Shown in pieces: positions 21,233 through 29,656 of a stretch of DNA of 64,000 bases. Numbering within the stretch: position 1 is the stretch's first letter; each line of letters opens with the position of its first letter. Source of the DNA: Candidatus Poribacteria bacterium (GTDB lineage Bacteria > Poribacteria > WGA-4E > WGA-3G); contig CAXXUA010000015.1 in the NCBI GenBank assembly GCA_963663765.2, positions 128,001 to 192,000 of the forward strand, given 5' to 3'. The translations under genes were made by a program, and so were the position numbers. The notes under the pieces were generated by a model. It ran no database searches. It had not been told where the DNA came from and saw nothing but the letters and a program-made list of their open reading frames with translations.

Positions 21233-21444
21233 TTTTTAGACTATTCTAAATAGAGAAGAAAACTGTGTCAGCATTTTTTTGTCGTGTGATTGATTTTTTT
21301 CCGACATATCTCACTCCCAATGAGATGTGTCAATGTCGTCTATTATTGATCATAGGAACAAACATCTAAGTGAAGTTCTATTATATCACATTTCACAATA
21401 ACATGCCAAAAACTTTACACACCCTACACACCCCATGCCAAAAG

Positions 21445-21481
21445 CAAAAAAATATGCAGATACCCCAAAATGGGTACCTGC
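21445..21481 (-). terminator. putative intrinsic terminator
   Basis: Minus strand GCAGGTACCC-ATTTTG-GGGTATCTGC followed by AT and a T-run. Confidence 0.45.
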
Positions 21482-21530
21482 CTATAAGTTAAAAATCAAA
21501 ACGAATTAGTCTAAAGAATACGCTAGTACC

Positions 21531-21952
21531 ATCTAAAATTTCATCACGAACTCCTGGGGTGGGAGTGTAATGTATACGGATAATGACTTCCTTATCGATG
21601 ATTCTATAGGCTTCATTGCTGAAAGATCAACACGCAAGATAATTTCATTGCTTCCAACTGCTGCAATAGCGTTTGCGCTAGTTGTAAATCCTATTCCAGC
21701 ACCTATCAAGGCCTTTTCTCATACAGAGTCAATCCATCACATCCCACCATCTTCAATTCTTTCCTGGTGTCTATTGGCTTTTCTGAATGCTTCCTCGCGG
21801 TTTACTCTCAGTATGTGCAGATATTCTAATGTTTTTCGTTCTCCTAATGTTTCCTCTCAATCTGCTATAGCCGTGTGTATGGATAGAATATGCGTTAAAG
21901 AGAATGCAAATAATTAGATTAGGCTTACTGTTCGCTTGTGTTGCATCATCAT
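21531..21952 (-). pseudogene. degraded secreted-protein gene
   Basis: GAGGAG RBS, ATG at 21952, signal-peptide-like start, four in-frame stops. Confidence 0.4.
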
Positions 21953-21967
21953 TATCTAAATACTCCT

Positions 21968-22105
21968 CAGAACTTACGCAAAAACGGTAGGCGGGGAATG
22001 CCTAAAGAAGCATGCGCGTGTGGCATGCTCCATGATTCATACCGTTGATTTGGTGCTTTGTAAGCGCGCTGGAACCCTATAAAAATACTGATTAATTACA
22101 TCAAT
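21968..22105. mobile_element. truncated MITE family A with doubly nested hairpin insert (21993-22052)
   Basis: CAGAACTTACGCA left end and GTGCTTTGTAAGCGCGC core; right TIR absent. Confidence 0.75.
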
Positions 22106-22144
22106 GTTAATAATTGTGATAAAAAAGATCAAAACACATAAAAC

Positions 22145-22270
22145 TATGGTAAATTATTGACCTAATTCTACACATTGATGAAACGAGATTCTACACATTG
22201 ATGAGACGAGGCTAGGAAACCCCCCCTACTGTTGTTAGAAAGTGTAGATATAATTCTATGCTTCACCATA
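22145..22270. mobile_element. MITE family B copy (TATGGTAAATTATTGAC...CTATGCTTCACCATA)
   Basis: Direct homolog at 37634-37713. Confidence 0.7.
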
Positions 22271-22316
22271 GAATAAATGTAAAGTATATTTATCATCTTT
22301 CTTTCAAAAAACTCCC

Positions 22317-22344
22317 TTGACATACCCACACAACATGCTATAAT
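22317..22344 (+). promoter_or_regulatory. consensus sigma70 promoter of protease array gene 1
   Basis: TTGACA-N16-TATAAT with TGn extended -10, 35 bp before ATG. Confidence 0.8.
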
Positions 22345-22379
22345 AACCACATCAAGACAAAAGAAGGAGAGAACAACCC

Positions 22380-24245
22380 ATGAAAAAAACACGAATACCC
22401 AACACCCTACTCACGTTTGCTGTGATAACCGTCACCCTACTCAACACCACACCCACCGCACACGCATTTCTAAAAGTTCAGCGGTTGCATGATGATCATA
22501 AGATATTGATGAAGATAGTGCATGAACCGCACTGGGATATCATCTATGTTTTCGGTGAAGAATGTCCGGCAGAAAGAAAAGCTGAAGCGAAAGAATTTGA
22601 AGAAGAAATCGTCAAAGCAATCCAACTCTGGCTGCAACCGCTGCGTGAACTAAACACAGGAAAACCGATTGTCAACGAGTTCCGTTTCCAACAACACGAT
22701 GAACGACCATCGCTTGAAATCCAAGAAAAAGTAGACCTTATCATCACTGATTACTGTATACACGGACGCTCAAATGCGGGACTTGCAATTAAGTGGCCAC
22801 CTGATCTGGGATTGCGTAAGGGGTTGAATGTGGATGCGCGTTTTAGTGCTTTAGTGCATGAACTGGGGCATGCATTTGGGTTAGGTGATGCCTACGTTGG
22901 CAGGAGTGAACGTGAACCCAGTGTCAGTAAAGGCGGGTTAATAAATACCATCGGTACACAACCAGCTTCTGTCATGGCAATGCACCTAATTCTTATTACA
23001 GGCAGATTTCTCACTGAAGACGATGAAAACGGTATCGTCTGGCTATATAAAGTTGTGCATGAAGGTTGGGATGATGAGGATTGTCTTTATCCGAACTATC
23101 GGTTTGAAAAAGCACCGGATGGGTGTGTGCCGAAATGGCCGCTCATCTTTGAAATCAGGCAGGGACACGAAATATTTGCCAATCGCATCCTCGATGAAGA
23201 CCCGAACATTGATGTCAACGCACAAAACGCTATCGGTTTCTCTGCGCTCCATTATGCCGTAAAGGACAATCATTCGGATTTCCTCAATCGCTTACTTACT
23301 CATCGTGACATCAACGTCAACTTGAGAGATGACACAGGCAGCACAGTCCTCTTTTGGGCAACAAAACTCGGATTATACGGCGTAACGGACCGTATCCTGA
23401 AACATCCTGATGTTGATATTGAGATAGCCGATAACAGCGGCACCACACCGCTTCAATTGGCGATGGATGATAAAGAATACCGCATTGTCAATCAGATGTT
23501 GGAAGTGATCCACGATACCGCATGGACAGAGGTGAAAACGGATGTTCCTACACATCACCAATCCGTCTTTTATCTGGTTCCAGCAATTCGGAAGAATCGC
23601 ATTTTCCATGTGGGATATGTCGGGACGGTGCCGGGGAACAGAAACCTTTTCGTCGCACATAAAGCCAAGTCTGACTCTATATTGGATTATGCTGACAAAG
23701 AGATGATCTTGGTTGGACACAAAGGGGTTGTCGTAGAGGACATTTTGATACGGGAGTTGGGTAGTTTCCCTCGCACGGATGGAGAGACAGGGAGTCTCCT
23801 CTTATCAATCAAAGGCATAGACATGTCCGACTACAAACCGCTACAACTCGCTGAGTTTCCTGTTCAAACAGAGACGACTTTGGAGCTGCTCTCCTACAAG
23901 ATGGACGCTGCGGAACTGACAGTTTCAGAGAGAAAGGATGCGTTGCGTCTGCCGTTGCAGGTGCGTTCCTGTGACTCTCTACCACACGCGGATTTAGAAG
24001 CACAGCAGCTACGTCAACATCTCTGCGGGACGTTCAACAATGTATCGGATGGGTCGTTATTCTTTGACAAGTCGGATGGATCGTTGATTGGGTTCTACAG
24101 AAAGGATTATCCAAGGGAAGATATTGACGAGGGGTTGCCATTAGCGGATGTTGTCTCTGAAGCGTTGATGCGTGGGGTCGGCAGGTTACCTGTGGAATCG
24201 GAGGACAAGTTGGCAACAACGTGGGGTGGTTTGAAACAGCGATGA
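22380..24245 (+). CDS. secreted Zn-metalloprotease-ankyrin protein, long form with trypsin-like C-terminal domain (array gene 1)
   Basis: Signal peptide; HELGHAFGLGD + SVM Met-turn; ankyrin repeats (G.SALHYA, G.TPLQLA); KLATTWGGLKQR. Confidence 0.9.
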   Translation: MKKTRIPNTLLTFAVITVTLLNTTPTAHAFLKVQRLHDDHKILMKIVHEPHWDIIYVFGEECPAERKAEAKEFEEEIVKAIQLWLQPLRELNTGKPIVNEFRFQQHDERPSLEIQEKVDLIITDYCIHGRSNAGLAIKWPPDLGLRKGLNVDARFSALVHELGHAFGLGDAYVGRSEREPSVSKGGLINTIGTQPASVMAMHLILITGRFLTEDDENGIVWLYKVVHEGWDDEDCLYPNYRFEKAPDGCVPKWPLIFEIRQGHEIFANRILDEDPNIDVNAQNAIGFSALHYAVKDNHSDFLNRLLTHRDINVNLRDDTGSTVLFWATKLGLYGVTDRILKHPDVDIEIADNSGTTPLQLAMDDKEYRIVNQMLEVIHDTAWTEVKTDVPTHHQSVFYLVPAIRKNRIFHVGYVGTVPGNRNLFVAHKAKSDSILDYADKEMILVGHKGVVVEDILIRELGSFPRTDGETGSLLLSIKGIDMSDYKPLQLAEFPVQTETTLELLSYKMDAAELTVSERKDALRLPLQVRSCDSLPHADLEAQQLRQHLCGTFNNVSDGSLFFDKSDGSLIGFYRKDYPREDIDEGLPLADVVSEALMRGVGRLPVESEDKLATTWGGLKQR

Positions 24246-24264
24246 TTGTAGGAGTGGTATCTAA

Positions 24265-24294
24265 TTGACAAACAAACACCAAACAAGATACCAT
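24265..24294 (+). promoter_or_regulatory. putative sigma70 promoter of gene 2 (copy at 31542-31571 before gene 7)
   Basis: TTGACA-N18-TACCAT conserved in both intergenic copies. Confidence 0.45.
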
Positions 24295-24327
24295 AAACAC
24301 AAACAAACGCAACAGGGGACAACACAC

Positions 24328-25569
24328 ATGAAGAAACCGATAATACAGAATATCCTACTCACGTTTGCTGTGATAACCGTGCTCCTACTCAGCACCACAC
24401 CCACAGCACACGATTTTACCTCCTTGAAACATCAACTTGGGGGACTTGGGGGAACAGCCGATTCCATTATACTCATAGAGAAAGTGCATGAAAAACATTG
24501 GGACATCGGATATGGATTCGGACCGGACTGTCCAGCAGACTATAAAGCAGAAAGCAAACAAATTGAAGATCTGATTACCAAAGCACTTCAACTCTGGCTC
24601 CAACCCTTACGTGAAATAGAGACAAAAGAACCGATTGTCAACGAGTTCCGTTATCAAAACTACGAAAGCAACGAATTAACATCCGAAATATTAGAAAACA
24701 TATTAGAACTTTCAGTCTTAAATACGTGCCTAGTTGATAGATCAGGGATAGGGTTTGATCAACGTTATCCACCCGGAATTATAATGCGTATGGGAACACA
24801 TTTGGGAGACGAATTTTTTTCCACACTGGTGCATGAAATAGGACACGCTTTTGGGTTAGGTGATACCTACGTTGGCAGGACTGAACGTGAACCCAGTATC
24901 ATTAAAGGGGGGTTAAGAATTACCATCGGTACGCAACCGGCTTCTGTTATGTCAACGCACCTGTATTTCCGTTACTCTGGTGGAGGCAGATTTCTCAGTG
25001 AAGACGATGAAAACGGTATCGTCTGGCTATATAAAGTTGTGCATGAGGGTTGGGATGATGAGGATTGTCTTTATCCGAATTATCAGTTTGAAAAAGCACC
25101 GGATGGGTGTGTGCCGAAATGGCCGCTCATCTTTGAAATCAGACAGGGACACGAAGGGTATGCCAATCGCATCCTCAATGATGACCCGAACATTGATGTC
25201 AACGCACAAAACGCTATCGGGTTCTCCGCGCTCCACTATGCAGTGACAGGTAATCACACTGATTTTCTCAATAAGTTGCTTGCACGTCCTGACATCAACG
25301 TCAATTTGACAGATGCGCGCGGCAAAACGCCACTCCATTATGCCATCGGAGAATACAACGGCGCGGTAGTGGACGCATTATTAGCGCATAAGGATATCTT
25401 GGTGCATCTCGCAGACAATGCAGGACGGACACCTGTCGCAGTCGCAAGAGAGAACGGACACACAAGGTTAGCCTCAAGACTGATAACGCATCCGAATTAT
25501 GCACTTTCAGTGGCACCACATCGAAAGTTAGCCACGACGTGGGCATCCCTCAAAAAACCCCGCCTGTAG
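24328..25569 (+). CDS. secreted Zn-metalloprotease-ankyrin protein (array gene 2, chimeric)
   Basis: HEIGHAFGLGD, ankyrins, KLATTWASLKKPRL; ATG chosen by alignment to paralog signal peptides. Confidence 0.9.
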   Translation: MKKPIIQNILLTFAVITVLLLSTTPTAHDFTSLKHQLGGLGGTADSIILIEKVHEKHWDIGYGFGPDCPADYKAESKQIEDLITKALQLWLQPLREIETKEPIVNEFRYQNYESNELTSEILENILELSVLNTCLVDRSGIGFDQRYPPGIIMRMGTHLGDEFFSTLVHEIGHAFGLGDTYVGRTEREPSIIKGGLRITIGTQPASVMSTHLYFRYSGGGRFLSEDDENGIVWLYKVVHEGWDDEDCLYPNYQFEKAPDGCVPKWPLIFEIRQGHEGYANRILNDDPNIDVNAQNAIGFSALHYAVTGNHTDFLNKLLARPDINVNLTDARGKTPLHYAIGEYNGAVVDALLAHKDILVHLADNAGRTPVAVARENGHTRLASRLITHPNYALSVAPHRKLATTWASLKKPRL

Positions 25570-25716
25570 TCGCGCACTGCATCACGCTTCGGACATTCAC
25601 TAAACTGAAATAATGCAAAAGGAGACAACACACATGAAAAAACCGATAATACCCAACATCCTACTCACGTTTGCTGTGATAACCGTCACCCTACTCAGCA
25701 CCACACCCACCGCACA
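25540..25716 (+). repeat. conserved inter-cassette linker (C-terminal motif codons + intergenic + signal peptide); copies at ~27005, ~28198, ~32814
   Basis: TGGGCATCCCTCAAAAAACCCCGCCTGTAGTCGCGCACTGCATCACGCTTCGGACATTCA...GGAGACAACACACATGAAAAAA near-identical four times. Confidence 0.92.
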
Positions 25717-26983
25717 CGATTTTACCTCCTTGAAACATCATCTTGGGGAAAGAGCCGATTCCATTACACTCATAGAGAAAGTGCATGAAAAACATTGGGA
25801 CATCGCATATAAATACGGACCAGACTGTCCAGCAGACTATAAATCAAAAAACAAAGAAATTGAAGATCTGATTACCAAAGCACTTCAACTCTGGCTCCAA
25901 CCCTTACGTGAAATAGAGACAAAAGAACCGATTGTCAACGAGTTCCGTTATCATAACAACGATAACAACGAAATAACATTAGAAATATGGGTAAACATAT
26001 TAGAACTTTCAGTCTTAAATACGTGCCTATCTGATAGATCAGGGGTGGGGTTTGATCACCGTTTTCCACCCAGAATTATAATGCGTAAGGGAACAGATTT
26101 GGGAGACCAATTTTTTTCCACACTGGTGCATGAAATAGGACACGCTTTTGGATTAGGAGATACCTATATTGATGCCTTGAGGTATCTTGATTTAGGTATA
26201 AGTACAGGTGGGCTCCCTCAGCTTGTTGGTACGCAACCTGCGTCTGTTATGGGTATGCATTTTTACCGGCACGGTTTATCTTGGCAATCCGAAGACGATA
26301 CAAACGGGATTATTTGGCTTTACAAAGCAACTTATGAAAACTTGGACGTTAAGGATTGTTTTTTCACAGACTATATGTTTGAAGAAGTTGAAGATACTCC
26401 TGTACTGGGGTGTGTGCCGAAATATCCGCTCATCTTTGAAATCAGGCAGGGACACGAATACTTTGCCAATCTCATCCTCAATGAAGACCCGAACATTGAT
26501 GTCAACGCACAGAACGCGATCGGTTTCTCAGCGTTACACTATGCTGTCACAGGCACTCATTTGGATTTCCTCAATCGCTTGCTAAATCATCGTGACATCG
26601 ATGTCAACCTCAAGGACGAACGCGGCAAAACGCCACTCCATTATGCCATCGGAGAATACAACGGCGCGGTAGTGGACGCATTATTAGCGCATAAGGATAT
26701 CTTGGTGCATCTCGCAGACAATGCAGGACGGACACCTGTCGCAGTCGCAAGAGAGAACGGACACACAAGGTTAGCCACAAGACTGATATCGCATCCGAAT
26801 TATGCACTTTCAGTGGCACCACATCGAAAGTTAGCAACGACGTGGGCATCCCTCAAAAAACCCCATAGGTGTCAACTTAAGAAAAAAGTGTTGGCATATT
26901 CTCTTGTGGGAGGGGTTTTTAACCCCGATTTGAGTGGAAATGAACATAAAATCGGGGTTGAAAACCCCTCCCACAAGAGGTAA
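25634..26983 (+). CDS. secreted Zn-metalloprotease-ankyrin protein (array gene 3), C-terminus extended by MITE read-through
   Basis: Near-identical to gene 7 up to TWASLKKP, then reads into the inserted element. Confidence 0.9.
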   Translation: MKKPIIPNILLTFAVITVTLLSTTPTAHDFTSLKHHLGERADSITLIEKVHEKHWDIAYKYGPDCPADYKSKNKEIEDLITKALQLWLQPLREIETKEPIVNEFRYHNNDNNEITLEIWVNILELSVLNTCLSDRSGVGFDHRFPPRIIMRKGTDLGDQFFSTLVHEIGHAFGLGDTYIDALRYLDLGISTGGLPQLVGTQPASVMGMHFYRHGLSWQSEDDTNGIIWLYKATYENLDVKDCFFTDYMFEEVEDTPVLGCVPKYPLIFEIRQGHEYFANLILNEDPNIDVNAQNAIGFSALHYAVTGTHLDFLNRLLNHRDIDVNLKDERGKTPLHYAIGEYNGAVVDALLAHKDILVHLADNAGRTPVAVARENGHTRLATRLISHPNYALSVAPHRKLATTWASLKKPHRCQLKKKVLAYSLVGGVFNPDLSGNEHKIGVENPSHKR

Positions 26984-27006
26984 AATTCCTTAAGTTGACA
27001 CCTATG
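26864..27006. mobile_element. MITE family D (TIR CATAGGTGTCAACTTAAG) with ~19-bp target duplication and internal REP doublet
   Basis: Perfect 18-bp TIR; GGCATCCCTCAAAAAACCC at 26845-26863 and 27007-27025; empty site in genes 2, 4, 7. Confidence 0.92.
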
Positions 27007-27098
27007 GGCATCCCTCAAAAAACCCCGCCTGTAGTCGCGCACTGCATCACGCTTCGGACATTCATTAAACTAAAATAATGCAAAAGGAGACAACACAC

Positions 27099-28226
27099 AT
27101 GAAAAAACCGATAATACCCAACACCCTACTCACGTTTGCGGTGATAACCGTCACCCTACTCAGCACCACACCCACCGCACACGCCTTTACGCATTTAAAA
27201 CAACAAAAAGGGACAGATGATCTTCTTCTTCTGATTGATAAGGTTCACGAAAAACATTGGAACATCGTTTATACATTCTCAGATAAGTGTCCAGAAGAGA
27301 AGAAAGAAGGAGCCAAGCAGTTAGAGGAAGACATCGTCACCGCACTTCAAATATTGCTGCAACCGCTGCGAGAATATGATACCAAACTCCCCATCGTCAA
27401 CGATTTTCGGTTTCAAATGGTGCCAGCAATAGAAGGGAAATGGATAGCTATCGATGACTTGATGAATGCCACCTTTGCTGTTGTTGACACATGTGAACGT
27501 GTTAGGAGTGTAGCAGGTACGGACGATAAATTTATCCCGCATCTGGTAATGGGATATACAGATTTTGGTGAACCACATTTCCTTTCTACACTAATACACG
27601 AAATAGCACATGCATTTGGTCTTGGAGATACATACATCGGAAGGGGTGCTGCCGAAACTGCAGTGTCAACTGGCGGTATGGAAGATATTATCGGCACACA
27701 ACCCGCCTCCAGAATGGCAATACATCTTCATCACTTCGGATACGGCTACATCAGCGAAGACGATACAAACGGTATCATCTGGCTATACAAGGTGCATCAC
27801 GAAGGTTTATCCATTGAGGATTGCTTCTTTCCTAACTATAAATTTGAAGAGAAACCGGCAGGCTGTATTCCAAAATGGCCGCTCATCTTTGAAATCAGAC
27901 AAGGGCATGAAGTCCTTGCTATCCGCATCCTCAACCAAGACCCGAACATAGATGTTAATCAACAGGACGATCTCGGTAATACGGCGTTGCATTACGGTGT
28001 TATGGGTGAACATCAAAAGTTTATTGAAGCCCTACTTGAACATGGTGGTGTGATTATGAATCGTCGCAACAAAGCAGGAAAAACCCCACTCAGCCTTGCG
28101 CGTGAGATTGGCAATGAGGTGATTATCACCGCGATTGAGGAACATAAAGATAGACTTCGGTTAGCAGTTGATCCTCAGAACAAGTTAGCCACTACCTGGG
28201 CATCCCTCAAAAAACCCCGCCTGTAG
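27099..28226 (+). CDS. secreted Zn-metalloprotease-ankyrin protein (array gene 4)
   Basis: HEIAHAFGLGD, SRM turn, ankyrins, KLATTWASLKKPRL. Confidence 0.9.
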   Translation: MKKPIIPNTLLTFAVITVTLLSTTPTAHAFTHLKQQKGTDDLLLLIDKVHEKHWNIVYTFSDKCPEEKKEGAKQLEEDIVTALQILLQPLREYDTKLPIVNDFRFQMVPAIEGKWIAIDDLMNATFAVVDTCERVRSVAGTDDKFIPHLVMGYTDFGEPHFLSTLIHEIAHAFGLGDTYIGRGAAETAVSTGGMEDIIGTQPASRMAIHLHHFGYGYISEDDTNGIIWLYKVHHEGLSIEDCFFPNYKFEEKPAGCIPKWPLIFEIRQGHEVLAIRILNQDPNIDVNQQDDLGNTALHYGVMGEHQKFIEALLEHGGVIMNRRNKAGKTPLSLAREIGNEVIITAIEEHKDRLRLAVDPQNKLATTWASLKKPRL

Positions 28227-28290
28227 TCGCGCACTGCATCACGCTTCGGACATTCACTAAACTGAAATAATGCAAAAGGAGACAACACAC

Positions 28291-29496
28291 ATGAAAAAAA
28301 CACAAATACCGAACATCCTACTCACGTTTGCTGTGATAACCGTCACCCTACTCAGCACCACACCCACCGCACACGCCTTTCTAAAACATCAGTGGTGGGA
28401 TGATGATCATAAGATATTGATGAAGATAGTGCATGAACCGCACTGGGATATCATCTATGTTTTCGGTGAAGATTGTCCGGCAGAAAGAAAAGCTGAAGCG
28501 AAAGCGTTTGAAGAAGAAATCGTCAAAGCAATCCAACTCTGGCTGCAACCGCTGCGCGAGTTAAACACTGGAAAACCGATTGTCAACGATTTCCGTTTCC
28601 AACAATACGATGAAAAACCACCGTTTGAAGTCATGGAAAAAGTAGATCTTATCATCACTGATTACTGTATACACGGACGTTCAGGTATGGGGTTAGGAGT
28701 TCTAAGTGCACCTCGCGTTGGATTGCGTGAGGGGTTGAATGTGGATGCGCGTTTTCATATTTTAGTGCATGAACTGGGGCATGCATTTGGGTTAGGTGAT
28801 ACCTACGTTGGCAGGACTGAAGATGAACCCAGTGTCAGTAAAGGCGGGTTAAAAAATACCATCGGTACACAACCAGCTTCTGTCATGGCAACGCCCCTAT
28901 TTTTTATTACAGGCAGATTTCTCAGTGAAGACGATGAAAACGGTATCGTCTGGCTATATAAAGTTGTGCATGAGGGTTGGGATGATGAGGATTGTCTTTA
29001 TCCGAACTATCGGTTTGAAAAAGCACCGGATGGGTGTGTGCCGAAATGGCCGCTCATCTTTGAAATCAGACAGGGACACGAAGCGTTTGCCAATCGCATC
29101 CTCGATGAAGACCCGAATATTGATGTCAACGCACAAAACGCTATCGGTTTCTCTGCGCTCCATTATGCCGCAAAGGACAATCATTCGGATTTCCTCAATC
29201 GCTTGCTCAGTCATCGTGACATCAACGTCAACCTCAAGGACGAACGCGGCAAAACGCCACTCCACTATGCCGTCTCGAATGGTTATGTCTCCATCGTTGG
29301 GAAGTTCTTAGAACACAAGGACATCCTCGTCAATGTTCAGGACAACATGGGACGCACTCCGTTAGACATCGCTATGGAGTTAGAGAATGTGAAGCTAATA
29401 GAACTCTTAGACGACACCCCAGAGGAGATTGAGGAACTTGCTGTTATCGCAAAAATGAAACTCGCAACGACCTGGGCTGGTCTCAAACAGCGTTGA
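28291..29496 (+). CDS. secreted Zn-metalloprotease-ankyrin protein (array gene 5)
   Basis: HELGHAFGLGD, ankyrins, KLATTWAGLKQR. Confidence 0.9.
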   Translation: MKKTQIPNILLTFAVITVTLLSTTPTAHAFLKHQWWDDDHKILMKIVHEPHWDIIYVFGEDCPAERKAEAKAFEEEIVKAIQLWLQPLRELNTGKPIVNDFRFQQYDEKPPFEVMEKVDLIITDYCIHGRSGMGLGVLSAPRVGLREGLNVDARFHILVHELGHAFGLGDTYVGRTEDEPSVSKGGLKNTIGTQPASVMATPLFFITGRFLSEDDENGIVWLYKVVHEGWDDEDCLYPNYRFEKAPDGCVPKWPLIFEIRQGHEAFANRILDEDPNIDVNAQNAIGFSALHYAAKDNHSDFLNRLLSHRDINVNLKDERGKTPLHYAVSNGYVSIVGKFLEHKDILVNVQDNMGRTPLDIAMELENVKLIELLDDTPEEIEELAVIAKMKLATTWAGLKQR

Positions 29497-29591
29497 TTGT
29501 CAGAAGCACGGGGTGTGTTCCGGATCGCGGAGGACGCGGATTACACGGAGGACGCGGATTCCGCGTCCTGCACAATTCAAACAAAACCCCT

Positions 29592-29619
29592 TTGACATAC
29601 CCACACAACATGCAATAAT
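29592..29619 (+). promoter_or_regulatory. duplicated sigma70 promoter of gene 6
   Basis: TTGACA-N16-AATAAT with the same spacer as 22317-22344. Confidence 0.65.
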
Positions 29620-29656
29620 AATCACATCAAGACAAAAGAAGGGGAGGACAACACCC

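Noticed and set aside
21570-21917. 115-aa plus-strand ORF
   Set aside because: Antisense shadow of the minus-strand pseudogene; no recognisable motif.
21531-21952. Stop-codon recoding (several in-frame TGA)
   Set aside because: The frame also has TAA, and TGA terminates intact genes elsewhere (e.g. 1924, 24245); ordinary decay is simpler.
29527-29569. ACGCGGA-type short repeat between genes 5 and 6 as a recombination site
   Set aside because: Single occurrence; looks like a common dispersed hairpin or terminator-like repeat.
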